From: Candidatus Jorgensenbacteria bacterium GW2011_GWA1_48_11 | Lineage (GTDB): Bacteria; Patescibacteriota; Minisyncoccia; UBA6257; GWB1-50-10 | Assembly: GCA_001003475.1 (NCBI GenBank) | Contig: LCPF01000001.1 | Location: forward strand, 101,910-165,909 | DNA length: 64,000 bases | Reading direction: 5' to 3' | In this document: positions 1 through 10,351 of the stretch, piece after piece | How positions within the stretch are numbered: position 1 is the first letter of the stretch | Layout: each line of letters opens with the position of its first letter | The notes under the pieces: model-generated | Database searches by the model: none | The model's input: only the letters and a program-made list of their open reading frames with translations | What the model was told of the DNA's origin: nothing | Position numbers and translations under genes: made by a program

Positions 1-2357
1 AAGGAAACGGTCAAATTGCCGCTTGTCACAATGGTTTGCGCCTGGCCATTACCGGCAAAGGTAATGTCCGAACCGTTGGTCAACGAATTGCCTGTATCCT
101 TACCCACGGCCGTGAGGGCCGAGGTTGAGGAAGCCACCCGGAAGGTGTGAGTAACGCTCGCGGAAGTTGACGAAGCAACATTGGCCGTGAGGTACAAATT
201 CACCGGAGTAGCGCGCGCCACCGTAATCGCTGACGAGAAGTTAAAGGTGACGGTCGCGGCGTTCGTGGCCGTGGACGCGCTCGTTGTAAGAGCCGTGCCA
301 CCGGCATTCGGATCGCCGTTATACATCACCAAGTTCGTGATGCCAGTGTAGAGACTATCACTCGACGTATCGGTGACAATAATCTTCGTGACACTCACGT
401 CTTCACCGCCAGCCTGCGAATTCAGCTGAATCTGGGCAAAGACATAACCATTCGTGCCCACCACGACCGAATTGGCCGTAGGTTGCGCGAGGGTCGTCAC
501 GCTCAAAGCCGCTGCCTTAACCGCCAGAGCAATGCCATCGGTGGCCGCTGTTGCCGGATCAAGCAAGTCGTTCGTGACTAAACGCTTGACTTGGATAATA
601 TCGAACTCCTTGACTTGATAGCTGTCAATCGCTGTCGCGGTTGAAGGAATCGAGGATTCGATCGTAATGTAATTATCCTGACCCTGGGTCGCTATTGCGT
701 AAGTGGAGAGCGTAAAGGTGCTCGCGGTCGTCGCTGAAACACTGGACGCGCCTGTTGAGTAGACTGTCGCGCCGTTGACTTTCACGTAAACCGTGCCCGT
801 CAAAACGTGAGCGCCTACCGTTGAGGTCGCAATGTAGAAACTGACCTGCCGAAGCTCCATGTTCTCGCCAGTCGGCTTAAAGCTGTACTTGGCCAAAACA
901 ACGTTATTCGCGCCGGGCGTGATGGCGTTCGAGGGCGAGTCCGTCGTCCTCGTCAAAGTCGCCGTGCCCGAACCGATGGTCTGGATGTTAAAGCCATTAC
1001 CAACCGGGAAGCTCGAGTCGTTCGTGCCTGCGCCGGGGATAACCGAAACGCCGGTCGTTGCGCCACGCATGTCAATGTCGTAGTTGTTGTAAACCACGAG
1101 CTGAACCGTCTTGGTCGTACCGCCCAAAAGCTTGGCTTTGACCGTGAAGTCCTTGGTCAACCCCTTGTCAATGAAGAAAGGAGTGGCCAAATTAAACGTC
1201 ACGTTCTGGCCAACGGGATTGGCTGACGCCAAAACAGTGCCAGTCTGATCAAGCAACTGCACATCGCCGTAATCGCCGGCGCTGGCATTGCCGTAGTTGT
1301 AGAGAGTCAGACTCCAAAGATAAACTCCTTCATTCGAGGAATTTTCCTGGATTCTGAATTTCGTGATTTCCTGTTCGGCCGCCGGGTCAACATTCAAGGT
1401 TGAAGAGCCGGTCGAAGTCAGAACGTCCAAGGTGGTGGAAGCTAAGGCGCTCCCGCCGTTTACGACATTCATGGCATTCCCGGTTATCGGGAATGTTCCG
1501 GAAATCGAGGTGGTGTCAGCAGTAATCGCTGAAGCCGCCGCAACGCTGAAACCGACCGTGCCATTGTAGTTGCCGGTTAGAAGATTAAACCTAACCAAGA
1601 AACTGGTTGACTGACCCGCCGCGACCGTAATCGGCGCTGCCGGGAAAGTGATGCCAATGGTGTTATCGGCATTGATGGAAGTAATGACATTGCCGTGCCG
1701 CACGCCGGAGGCATCAACAACATCCACTCCGTTCAAATTGGTGTTGGCCACGAAGCCGCTTTTCATCAAGGTGACTCCAGTGACGTTCACCGCCTTTGAA
1801 CCGGCAGTCAGGCTAACCTTTAACGCGGGGTTAAAGGCCGTGCCCGAACCAAGCGTTCTGGCACCCGGCGTATCCGCCGCTAACGAAACAACGAGATCGG
1901 TACCAGCAGGAACGACTACGACTGGACCGGTGGTGCCGGTAGTCGTCGTGCCTGCGGTGCTACCTATGGCCGCTCTGGTCAAAGGACCAAAATAGCCGAC
2001 AGCCGGTGAGATGCTGCGCGATTTCTGCCAAGCCGCCAAAGCCGTCCTAGTCAAGGGACCAAAGTAAGCGGTTGGCGCAGCAATATTCAGAAAGCCGGCG
2101 TTAATTAAGACCTGCTGTAAGGCACTGACATCAGTCCCTTTGCTACCCACGGTGAGGTCGCGAGTAAAACTCGAGGTAACTGTGCCGGTGCCGGCAGTGC
2201 CTAACTGAGCCTGCAAAGCCTGAATCTGTTGCAACAAAGCCGCAATTTGAGCCTGTAATTCAGCCGTGGTCGCCGCTCCCGCTACCGGGAAGCTCGCGCC
2301 AACCAACCAAACCATCGTTGTCAAGGATAAACCTATCGAAACTAATTTTCTTTTCAT
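1..2357 (-). CDS. Large secreted cell-surface protein, partial (C-terminus beyond window start). It has a signal peptide, a coiled-coil, tandem peptidoglycan-binding (PG_binding_1-like) repeats and a long Thr/Ser/Gly-rich beta region.
   Basis: Manual minus-strand translation from ATG at 2357 is open to position 1: MKRKLVSIGLSLTTMVWLVGASFPVAGAATTAELQAQIAALLQQIQALQAQL, then GSKGTDVSALQQVLINAGFL...YFGPLTRTALAAWQKS and a second YFGPLTRAAI copy. It is absent from the ORF track because it runs off the window edge. Confidence 0.7.
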   Translation of the reverse strand, partial: MKRKLVSIGLSLTTMVWLVGASFPVAGAATTAELQAQIAALLQQIQALQAQLGTAGTGTVTSSFTRDLTVGSKGTDVSALQQVLINAGFLNIAAPTAYFGPLTRTALAAWQKSRSISPAVGYFGPLTRAAIGSTAGTTTTGTTGPVVVVPAGTDLVVSLAADTPGARTLGSGTAFNPALKVSLTAGSKAVNVTGVTLMKSGFVANTNLNGVDVVDASGVRHGNVITSINADNTIGITFPAAPITVAAGQSTSFLVRFNLLTGNYNGTVGFSVAAASAITADTTSISGTFPITGNAMNVVNGGSALASTTLDVLTSTGSSTLNVDPAAEQEITKFRIQENSSNEGVYLWSLTLYNYGNASAGDYGDVQLLDQTGTVLASANPVGQNVTFNLATPFFIDKGLTKDFTVKAKLLGGTTKTVQLVVYNNYDIDMRGATTGVSVIPGAGTNDSSFPVGNGFNIQTIGSGTATLTRTTDSPSNAITPGANNVVLAKYSFKPTGENMELRQVSFYIATSTVGAHVLTGTVYVKVNGATVYSTGASSVSATTASTFTLSTYAIATQGQDNYITIESSIPSTATAIDSYQVKEFDIIQVKRLVTNDLLDPATAATDGIALAVKAAALSVTTLAQPTANSVVVGTNGYVFAQIQLNSQAGGEDVSVTKIIVTDTSSDSLYTGITNLVMYNGDPNAGGTALTTSASTATNAATVTFNFSSAITVARATPVNLYLTANVASSTSASVTHTFRVASSTSALTAVGKDTGNSLTNGSDITFAGNGQAQTIVTSGNLTVS

Positions 2358-2373
2358 TTATTGTGTTTTTGTT

Positions 2374-2549
2374 TTCGACTTAATTAATGAGTTTTCGCTA
2401 ATAATGCTAATTTCAGCAAATAATGCGAATTCGCGTTATTAAAACTGATTTGCGTTATTCGCGATTACTCTTTTATCGACCTAAAATTTTTACTTTTAGG
2501 TGCGTCGACCTTTATTTTTTCGGGAAGCGCTAATTCCTGTTTTCGACCT
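2374..2549. repeat. Four direct copies of a TTTTCGACCT-like 10-11-mer (2374-2383, 2473-2483, 2503-2512, 2539-2549) within an AT-rich 740-bp noncoding region.
   Basis: Seen directly: ttttcgactt, tttatcgacct, gcgtcgacct, gttttcgacct. ATCAGC-containing repeats also occur at 2611-2647 and 2693-2710. Confidence 0.6.
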
Positions 2550-2911
2550 ACCGCCGACTTAGTGAGGATCAGTGGCAGAAGAAACAAAGAATTAACGGTT
2601 AGTAATATAATTATCAGCATCAATCAGCTAAATCGGCATTTATCAGCGTTTTCTTATCTTTCTTAATCTCTGTTTCTTGAACGCTGATTTATGCGGATGC
2701 GAACTGATGCTTACGGATATTTTAAAAAAGCTCGCTTGGAAGCGAGGCTGGATGCAAACAAATAACCCAGGATGACAAACGACCAATAACAATTTCTCGC
2801 CAATGTTATTAGTTATTCGTTCTTGGTTATAAATTCCGCACTAGCTTAGCCTCACTCTAAGCTTTTTCTTAATAGATAATCTAGACCAAAGAACTGTCAA
2901 AAGCAAGAGCT

Positions 2912-2920
2912 TGTGGATAA
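2912..2920. promoter_or_regulatory. Perfect DnaA-box-like 9-mer TGTGGATAA (reverse complement TTATCCACA).
   Basis: Exact match to the E. coli-type DnaA box consensus. It is a single site in a long AT-rich intergenic region. Confidence 0.3.
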
Positions 2921-3094
2921 TTCTTTCGTTGCGGTGTTTCAGTAAGTATAACGATTAGCGCGAGGCTGCGTTACTTGAAAAACACCAGCATTAATGGGCT
3001 TAAATTAGATCTTCCGCTGTTTTTGGACAAAACCGTCCGGGGCGAATACTTTTAACGTCAGCCCAATGCGGCGGCGGAACGAGGCGCGCCGGCG

Positions 3095-3838
3095 TCAATA
3101 AACCGACCACCGGGCCGTGGCCAAAATCAAAATCGCGAAAAAGACGAAAAAGGTCAGCTGCCGAAAAAGGAAAGACAGATTTAAAACCCCTTTGAAATAA
3201 GTCGCAATGCCGTCTCTCGTCAAAAGCAGGATTAAAACGAGAAAAGCGGCGGCGTTCATGAAGCCGATCGGCAAAAACATGAGCCCGACCGCAAGTTCGG
3301 CGGCCAAAAACGCGAGAACGAAAGCCGCGATCGAGAGCCGCCGGCCCGGCAAGCCGAAAAAGCGAAAACATTCCCGCCAGATGAAAAATGTGAGCGCGAA
3401 AACGGCCAAAAGCCACCCAAACAGGGTTGTCGGCCGGATTAAATAAAAAATCGGCATCAAAATCATGATAAGAAGACCTGTATTCAAAACATTATAAAAA
3501 ACGAAACGGTCCTGGAAAAAAAGGGCGGCCAGGCCCAAAACCAGAAAAAAGAGAAGGGCAAAAAGAAAAAGCGTCAGGGGGCCGAAAACAGGCAGATTGA
3601 CGAATGCCAAACCCAGATAAGCGGCCAGCGGCAAAAGCCAAAAAGAAGCCCGCAGAAATTTCCGCTCTTCGGGCAGGGAAAAATAATCGTAAAGCAGAAC
3701 GGTGATAAAAATCGCCGTCGGCCAAAAACCAAAATTGGTCCGCCAGGCCCAAAACAAAATTAGGGTCGCGAAAACCGTTTTAGAGAGCAACCTCCACGCG
3801 GTCCTGTCCTTTAAGAACGATTGAAATTTTTTGGCCAT
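3095..3838 (-). CDS. Polytopic integral membrane protein, function unknown.
   Basis: 247-aa ORF that is almost entirely hydrophobic helices. Its 5' end overlaps the clpB 3' end by 59 nt, so the true start may lie downstream. Confidence 0.5.
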   Translation of the reverse strand: MAKKFQSFLKDRTAWRLLSKTVFATLILFWAWRTNFGFWPTAIFITVLLYDYFSLPEERKFLRASFWLLPLAAYLGLAFVNLPVFGPLTLFLFALLFFLVLGLAALFFQDRFVFYNVLNTGLLIMILMPIFYLIRPTTLFGWLLAVFALTFFIWRECFRFFGLPGRRLSIAAFVLAFLAAELAVGLMFLPIGFMNAAAFLVLILLLTRDGIATYFKGVLNLSFLFRQLTFFVFFAILILATARWSVY

Positions 3839-6410
3839 CTTTAATTGTTCCCCGAATCATTTTATCAGCCAGCGCGTCGACGATTACCTTCTGGATCAAA
3901 CGCTTGATCGGCCGGGCGCCGTAATCCGGGTCAAAACCGTTCTTGGCTAAGTACTGCCGCACGCCGGCATTGATCTCAAGGTGAATCCCCCGATCCTTCA
4001 ACCTTTCGGCCACTTGTTCAAGCTGAATGCCCACGATTTTTTCGATGTCTTTTTTGGTCAAAGCGTTAAAGATTATAACCTCATCGAGCCGGTTCAAGAA
4101 TTCGGGCTTGAAAGTTTCCTTCAGGGCCTTCATTGCCTTTTCCCGAAAAATCTCCTCCTTGGTTTCGGCCTCGGACTCGCTTTTGGCGCCGAAACCCACC
4201 TCGGACATCTCGCGGAAATACTGACTGCCGATATTCGAGGTTAAAATAATGATGCAGTTTTTGAAATTCACCGCCCGCCCCTTGCTGTCGGTGAGGCGAC
4301 CGTTATCGAGCATCTGCAAAAGAATGTTGAAAACTTCGGGATGGGCCTTTTCGATCTCGTCGAAAAGAATCAGGCTGTAAGGCCGATGGCGCACGGTTTC
4401 GGTGAGCTGGCCGCCCTCGTCGTGGCCGACATAGCCGGGCGGCGAGCCGATCAAACGCGAAACCGAATGCCGTTCCATGTATTCGGACATATCGATCCGC
4501 ACCAGGGATTTTTCGTCATTAAACATGAAATTAGCCAAAGCCCGCGCCAATTCGGTCTTCCCCACGCCGGTCGGACCCAAAAATATGAACGATCCGGCGG
4601 GCCGGTCTTCGGGCGCGAGGCCCGCCCGGCTCCGGCGCAAAGCCCGGGCCACGGCCTGGATGGCTGCCGTTTGACCCACCACTCTTTCCGCCAGCTCTTC
4701 CTCAAGCCGAGCCAGCTTTTTCATTTCCGATTCGAGCATCCGTGAAACCGGGATGCCGGTCCAGCGCGCAACCACGCCGGCGATATCTTCTTCGTCAACG
4801 TATTCCCTGATGAACCTGCCTTCCAGTTTTTCATTTTTGAAATATTTCTTCTCAAACAACTTCAAGCCGCGTTCGGCTTTGGGCAATTCGCCATAAATGA
4901 TTTGAGCAACCCGTTCCAAATCTCCTTCCCGCTCGGCCACTTCGGCTGCTCGCTTGAGATCATCGATTGATTTACGCAAATTATGGATGTTCCCGACGGA
5001 GATCTTTTCGGCGTGCCATTGGGCCGAAAGGCCGTCATTTTCCTCTTTCAGGGTTTTGAGCTTTTTGTCGATTTCTTTGCGCCGCGCCAGGCTTTTCTTC
5101 GTTTTGTCTTTGGTCAAGCTGGATTTTTCTATTTCCAATTTCGTGATTTCCCGGCGCAGTTTATCGAGCTCGGTCGGCACGCTGTCCGATTGCAGTCGTC
5201 GGGCGGCCGAAGCTTCGTCAATCAAATCAACGGCCTTGTCCGGCAAAAACCGGTCCGGAATGTAACGGGCGCTCAAGTTCACGGCCGCAAGAATCGCTTC
5301 GTCGGAAATCTTTAATCCATGATGCATTTCATATTTTTCCTTTAAGCCGCGCAAAATCGCCACGCTGTCCTCAAGAGTCGGTTCTTCAACGAGAATGGGC
5401 TGGAACCGCCGTTCCAGAGCCGCATCTTTTTCAATATATTTCTGATACTCTTTTAAGGTCGTGGCGCCGATCGCGTGCAATTCGCCGCGCGAGAGAGCCG
5501 GCTTCAAAAGATTCGAGGCGTCAACCGCCCCTTCGGCCGCGCCCGCGCCCACGATCATATGGATTTCATCGATAAAAAGGATCATCCGGCCGGCCGACTG
5601 CTCGATTTCGCGCAAAAAGGCCTTAAGCCGGTCCTCGAATTCGCCCCGGAATTTCGTGCCGGCGATCAATGACCCGAGATCAAGCATGATTATCTCCCGG
5701 TCTTTCAAGGACTCGGGCACTTCGCCCGAGACGATGCGCTGAGCCAATCCCTCAACGATGGCGGTTTTCCCGACGCCCGGCTCGCCGATCAAAACCGGAT
5801 TATTCTTGGTCCGCCGGCTCAAAATTTCCATGAGTCGCCGCAATTCTTCCTCCCGGCCCACCAATGGATCCAATTTCCCGTCCTTAGCCTTGTTCGTAAG
5901 ATTGATCGCGTATTTCTCGAGAACCTGAAACTTGCTCTCCGGCGTCTCGTCCGTCACCCGCACCGAGCCCCGCAACTGAGCTAAAATTTTGATGAGTGTT
6001 TCGCGTTTCGCGCCGTAACGAGCCAGAAGTTCCTGGGCCGCCGACGGCAAATCCAAGATGGCGAGAACCAAATGCTCGCAGGAGACGAATTCGTCCTTAT
6101 GCTTCATCGCAATTTCGGCCGCCCGGTCCAGAATTCTCATAAGCTCCTGGGAAAGATACATCTGGCCGACCGAACCGCCCGTAAAAATCTTGGGCAGATG
6201 ACTCAACTGATTTTCCAGTTCCCGCTCGAGATCCGATAAATTGACGTTCGCCCGCAAAAGCATCGGCCGCACCAAAGTCTGCTCGTCGGTCAAAAGCGCG
6301 CTCAAAAGATGCAAAGCCTTCAATTCGCCTTGATTTTGACGAGCCACGAGCTCCTGGGCGTTCTGCAGAGCCTCTTGGGCCTTAATCGTAAAACGGTGGA
6401 AATTAGGCAT
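3780..6410 (-). CDS. clpB: ATP-dependent chaperone ClpB (two AAA+ modules plus a coiled-coil middle domain).
   Basis: 876 aa with Walker A motifs GEPGVGKTA and GPTGVGKTE. Walker B motifs ILFIDEIH and [11 protein letters not shown] are intact, and there is a long coiled-coil M-domain. Confidence 0.92.
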   Translation of the reverse strand: MPNFHRFTIKAQEALQNAQELVARQNQGELKALHLLSALLTDEQTLVRPMLLRANVNLSDLERELENQLSHLPKIFTGGSVGQMYLSQELMRILDRAAEIAMKHKDEFVSCEHLVLAILDLPSAAQELLARYGAKRETLIKILAQLRGSVRVTDETPESKFQVLEKYAINLTNKAKDGKLDPLVGREEELRRLMEILSRRTKNNPVLIGEPGVGKTAIVEGLAQRIVSGEVPESLKDREIIMLDLGSLIAGTKFRGEFEDRLKAFLREIEQSAGRMILFIDEIHMIVGAGAAEGAVDASNLLKPALSRGELHAIGATTLKEYQKYIEKDAALERRFQPILVEEPTLEDSVAILRGLKEKYEMHHGLKISDEAILAAVNLSARYIPDRFLPDKAVDLIDEASAARRLQSDSVPTELDKLRREITKLEIEKSSLTKDKTKKSLARRKEIDKKLKTLKEENDGLSAQWHAEKISVGNIHNLRKSIDDLKRAAEVAEREGDLERVAQIIYGELPKAERGLKLFEKKYFKNEKLEGRFIREYVDEEDIAGVVARWTGIPVSRMLESEMKKLARLEEELAERVVGQTAAIQAVARALRRSRAGLAPEDRPAGSFIFLGPTGVGKTELARALANFMFNDEKSLVRIDMSEYMERHSVSRLIGSPPGYVGHDEGGQLTETVRHRPYSLILFDEIEKAHPEVFNILLQMLDNGRLTDSKGRAVNFKNCIIILTSNIGSQYFREMSEVGFGAKSESEAETKEEIFREKAMKALKETFKPEFLNRLDEVIIFNALTKKDIEKIVGIQLEQVAERLKDRGIHLEINAGVRQYLAKNGFDPDYGARPIKRLIQKVIVDALADKMIRGTIKDGQKISIVLKGQDRVEVAL

Positions 6411-6523
6411 GTTTTAATTATATCGCTTCGCTCATAATTACTTCATTCAGAAAAGATAGAGACCAAATTTCGATCTTTCTCCTCGTTTGTAATTATAGAA
6501 AATTATAAAACGGTTTGCTAAAA

Positions 6524-6550
6524 TTAGCAAACTAGCGAGACGAGTGCTAA
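6524..6550. promoter_or_regulatory. CIRCE-like inverted repeat (HrcA operator) upstream of clpB: TTAGCAAAC-N9-GAGTGCTAA.
   Basis: Right arm is identical to the CIRCE consensus GAGTGCTAA and the left arm matches 7/9, with a 9-nt spacer. A second palindrome TTTGCTA-AAAT-TAGCAAA at 6514-6531 overlaps the left arm. Confidence 0.55.
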
Positions 6551-6560
6551 TAAAGACGGT

Positions 6561-7823
6561 TTACTGGTCGGTTGGCCGGGGGGCAAACGTAACCGACAGA
6601 TCCAGAACCCGGCCGCCGCGCCAAACCTTGAGGCCGACAGAATCGCCAACGTTGTGCTGCTGGATCAAATACCCCAAAGAATGGTCCTGGTCGATTTTCT
6701 GACCGTCTAATTCCAAAATGACGTCTTCGGCCTCGATTCCCGCTTTCGCGGCCGGCGAATCCGGGATCACGGCCGGGCCCTCCCTAGAACCGCGGACCAA
6801 AGCGCCATAGTCAACCAATAATTTCTGCTGCTCCGCCAGGTCCGGCGTCACGGCAAGATAGCGCACCCCAAGATACGGCGTTTGAATGCCGCCGGTTTGC
6901 TTCACCGAATTCACGTCCCGTTTGGCCTGGTTGATCGGGATGGCAAAACCAATGCTCTGAGCACCCGAGGCCATCGCCACGTTAATGCCGATCACCTCTC
7001 CTTTCAGATTTAAAAGCGGGCCGCCGGAATTACCGGGGTTAATGGCCGCATCGGTCTGAAAAACGCCCTGAAGCGTTTCTTGGCCGAAGCCGCCACCCGA
7101 AGCCGTGACCGTCCGGGCCAATCCCGAGATCACGCCCACCGAAACCGTGTTCCGAAATTCACCCAAAGCGTTCCCGATCGCAATCGCGGTCTGACCGAGC
7201 TGGACCGAATCAGAATTACCCATCACTACCGGCTTAAAACCCGTGCCGTCTATTTTAATGACGGCCAAATCCTGGACCGGATCGCGGGCCAAAACTCTGG
7301 CATCGTATTTCTTGCCGTCGTTCGTCAAAACCGTGTATTGAGCCGAGGCGTCCGTAACAACATGTTTGTTCGTCAAAATCAAACCGTCGGCCGAAACGAA
7401 AAAGCCCGTGCCGCCGCCCACTTCCTGAAGCTTGGTTCCTTTCTCGCAAGGCTGGGAAAATTGAAAACTTTGACCGCCGAAAAATTGCTGGAACTCCGGC
7501 GGCAAATCGCCGAAAGGATTATAGGGACAATTTTCAATCACGGGCAGGTCTTTCGCAATGACGATCGAAACCACGCTCGGCGCCGCATTCTTCACCGCGC
7601 CAATCACGGCCTCCTCGTAATCAATGACCGGCTTGTAGAGCGCGACCGGCGTTTTCGCCGTGCTGGTCGCCACGCCTGTCGTCGTGGAAGTCGCATTGCC
7701 CCGGAACAAATTCAAAAAATCGTCCAGAAGACTGGCCTTGACGTTCTCGACCGAAACCGATGAGCCGGCAAGGCCGCCGACTAAACCAACAATAATTATT
7801 AAAATTAATAATTTTCTGCTCAT
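6561..7823 (-). CDS. htrA: HtrA/DegP-family trypsin-like serine protease with a C-terminal PDZ domain and an N-terminal membrane anchor.
   Basis: Contains GNSGGPLLNLKGEVIGIN (catalytic Ser motif), His/Asp region TNKHVV / DLAVIKI, and a PDZ-like C-terminus. Confidence 0.85.
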   Translation of the reverse strand: MSRKLLILIIIVGLVGGLAGSSVSVENVKASLLDDFLNLFRGNATSTTTGVATSTAKTPVALYKPVIDYEEAVIGAVKNAAPSVVSIVIAKDLPVIENCPYNPFGDLPPEFQQFFGGQSFQFSQPCEKGTKLQEVGGGTGFFVSADGLILTNKHVVTDASAQYTVLTNDGKKYDARVLARDPVQDLAVIKIDGTGFKPVVMGNSDSVQLGQTAIAIGNALGEFRNTVSVGVISGLARTVTASGGGFGQETLQGVFQTDAAINPGNSGGPLLNLKGEVIGINVAMASGAQSIGFAIPINQAKRDVNSVKQTGGIQTPYLGVRYLAVTPDLAEQQKLLVDYGALVRGSREGPAVIPDSPAAKAGIEAEDVILELDGQKIDQDHSLGYLIQQHNVGDSVGLKVWRGGRVLDLSVTFAPRPTDQ

Positions 7824-7846
7824 GCTATTAAATTTTGCTGAAAAGA

Positions 7847-8632
7847 TTACTTGATTTCGTAGCGTAAAGTCACGTTAACGGTAACTTCCTGCGAGCCCGG
7901 CTCAATCGAAGGCGCTGGCATGCTTTCGCTCGCGTCTCCGCCCATACCCATCGCTTTGCTGTAGTAAATCGGCTGGGGATAATAATTGTTTTCGTCTAAG
8001 CCAAGGAGTCGGCCAACGCTGAACCCGCCGGCTCGCGCAACAATCTTCGCCTGCGCCTGAGCCTTTTGAATAGCAAGAGTTCTGGCTTGGTTCTTGACTG
8101 CGGTCGGATCGTCAATTGTGAAGTTCAAGCCCGAGGTCTGATTCGCGCCAGCCGCGACAACGCCGGACAAAATATCGCCCACCTTGCTGAAATCCCTAAC
8201 CTTGACCAAAACCGCCTGACTAATGGTATAGCCGACGATTTCCGAAGGCGGACAAGGCGTCGCGCTCGAAAGCGGACCGGTCGGACAGCTGTAATACTGG
8301 TAACGGGGAGTGATGTTATATCCTTGGGTTTTTACGTCCTTAGCGTCCACGCCTTTATCTTTTACGTATTCGATGGCGGCGTTGGCCGCTTCGGTATTCT
8401 TTTTTTCCGAATCGGCGATATTCTTGCCGCCCTCGGTCACAACGCTAAAGGTAAATTCGGCCACGTCGGGCACGGCCACCACCTTACCTTCGCCTGTCAC
8501 GACAAAACTCCGAAAAGACGACGGCTGGATGGAACGGGCGTAAGAATCAACGTAACTCCAAGCCGAATAGCCCAAAAGCAAAATCGTGATGATGCCGGCG
8601 ACCCCCAAATAATTTTTAATGCGTGTATTCAT
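7847..8632 (-). CDS. SIMPL/DUF541 (YggE/BP26-like) periplasmic protein.
   Basis: 261 aa with an N-terminal TM/signal. The overall pattern resembles the SIMPL family (two repeated alpha/beta halves). Assignment is from recollection of the family, not a search. Confidence 0.5.
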   Translation of the reverse strand: MNTRIKNYLGVAGIITILLLGYSAWSYVDSYARSIQPSSFRSFVVTGEGKVVAVPDVAEFTFSVVTEGGKNIADSEKKNTEAANAAIEYVKDKGVDAKDVKTQGYNITPRYQYYSCPTGPLSSATPCPPSEIVGYTISQAVLVKVRDFSKVGDILSGVVAAGANQTSGLNFTIDDPTAVKNQARTLAIQKAQAQAKIVARAGGFSVGRLLGLDENNYYPQPIYYSKAMGMGGDASESMPAPSIEPGSQEVTVNVTLRYEIK

Positions 8633-8655
8633 GATCTTATTTTAAAAACCGAAAC

Positions 8656-9819
8656 CTATTTAGTCAAACGGCGGAAAATATTAATAGCCGCCTTGATTTC
8701 CGAACGGGTCGTTGGCCGCCCGAAACTAAAGCGCAGGCTGGCCTGAATTCGCTCAATCGGCCAACCAACCGCTTTTAGCACGTGCGAAGGCTTTGAAGAA
8801 CGGACCGAGCAGGCCGAGCCGGAGGAAACGGCAAGGCCGGCCATGTCGAGCTTAATCAAAAGCTCCTCGCTTTTAAAACTCGGGAAATAAACGTTCAAAA
8901 TATTAGGCAAGGAATTTTCCAAAACGCCGTTGCTTTCGACCCGAGGATAAACCTTCTTGAGCGCTCGCCAAAAATAATCACGCAATTCCCCGATCCTTTC
9001 CGATTCTTTTTTGCGGCATTCTCCCGCGAGCCGAACCGCTTCGCCGAAACCGACGATGCCCGGCACGTTTTCCGTACCCGAACGAAATCCCGATTCCTGG
9101 CCGCCGCCGGTCGTGATCGGGGACATTTTATCTTTAACGCCGTTTTTTATATACAAAGCGCCAATGCCCTTGGGGCCGTAAATTTTGTGGGCCGAAAGCG
9201 TCATCAAATCCACGCCCAATCTATGGACGTTGCAATCCATATACTGGAATGCTTGGACGGCGTCAGTATGCAATAAAATTTCGTGGTTGAAATTCTTGAT
9301 GATCTTCGAGATTTCGGCAATCGGTTGAATCGTTCCAATTTCATTGTTTGCGTACATTACGGAAACCAAAATCGTCCGCTCATTCAAGACGTCTTTGAGT
9401 GCTTTGAGATCGACTGATCCGTCCTTCTCGACCGGCAAATAAATAACTTCTGCTCCTTCCCGTTCCAAATCTCTAGCCGTTTCTAGAACCGATTCGTGCT
9501 CTATAGCCGAGATAGTTAATCTCGGCCGCTGATCAATGCTGATTTCGGCAGGTTTATGCTGATGCGATTTTGCTACGCCGCGCAAGGCCAGATTATTGGC
9601 TTCGGTGGCCGAACTCGTAAAAATTATTTCCCCGAAATCGGCGCCAATCGCTTCACTGACGATCTGCCGCGCATTATCTACGGCCGCCATGGCCGACTGG
9701 CCGAAGGAATGAAGCGAACCGGCGTTGCCGTAATTCCTGCCGAAATAAGGCGTCATCGCCTGCTGAACCAAAACATCCACGGGCGTCGAGGCCGCATAAT
9801 CGAAGTAAATCCCCTTCAT
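8656..9819 (-). CDS. Cysteine desulfurase (NifS/IscS family, class V PLP aminotransferase fold).
   Basis: PLP-lysine motif SAHKIYGPKGIGALY and catalytic loop SSGSACS. Confidence 0.85.
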   Translation of the reverse strand: MKGIYFDYAASTPVDVLVQQAMTPYFGRNYGNAGSLHSFGQSAMAAVDNARQIVSEAIGADFGEIIFTSSATEANNLALRGVAKSHQHKPAEISIDQRPRLTISAIEHESVLETARDLEREGAEVIYLPVEKDGSVDLKALKDVLNERTILVSVMYANNEIGTIQPIAEISKIIKNFNHEILLHTDAVQAFQYMDCNVHRLGVDLMTLSAHKIYGPKGIGALYIKNGVKDKMSPITTGGGQESGFRSGTENVPGIVGFGEAVRLAGECRKKESERIGELRDYFWRALKKVYPRVESNGVLENSLPNILNVYFPSFKSEELLIKLDMAGLAVSSGSACSVRSSKPSHVLKAVGWPIERIQASLRFSFGRPTTRSEIKAAINIFRRLTK

Positions 9820-9825
9820 TGCGGG

Positions 9826-10329
9826 TTAATTACTATTATTGTTATTTGTTTCGGTTTCCACTTTCTCCACCATTCCGTACAAATCGATTTTTCTTAAAAT
9901 AAAAAGCAGAAGAGCCGTACCGACGGCGGCAATGGCGGCAAAGCCCAAAAGGCCGATGCCGCAGAGGACGCCCACGGCGGCCACGAACCACACGGTCGCG
10001 GCGGTCGTAAGCCCCCGCGGCTGGATGCCTTCCTTCACGATAATGCCGGCGCCCAAGAATCCCACGCCCACAACCACGTTCGCCACGGCCCCCAAAAAAC
10101 CGCTATTCCGAGCCAAGACGTCCCGGAGATGTTCGGCGTCCAAACTCACGATATACGGCAGCATTAATCCGACGATGGAAAATATCGCCGCGCCGGCCGC
10201 CACCATCATGTCAGTCCTCACGCCCGCTCTTTTCCCCACCAACTCCCGTTCCAGGCCGATTACGGCGCCCAAAACTATGGCTACGGCCAAACGCAAAAGC
10301 ATTGTTTCCAAACTCAAGGGTTGAATCAT
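9826..10329 (-). CDS. MgtC/SapB-family membrane protein.
   Basis: 167 aa with 4-5 TM helices and the family-typical GLERE motif near the N-terminus. Confidence 0.6.
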   Translation of the reverse strand: MIQPLSLETMLLRLAVAIVLGAVIGLERELVGKRAGVRTDMMVAAGAAIFSIVGLMLPYIVSLDAEHLRDVLARNSGFLGAVANVVVGVGFLGAGIIVKEGIQPRGLTTAATVWFVAAVGVLCGIGLLGFAAIAAVGTALLLFILRKIDLYGMVEKVETETNNNNSN

Positions 10330-10351
10330 GTCTTTATTTTATCACAAGACG

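Noticed and set aside
7080-7763. 227-aa plus-strand ORF.
   Set aside because: It is antisense to the well-supported htrA gene and its product is Arg-rich low-complexity.
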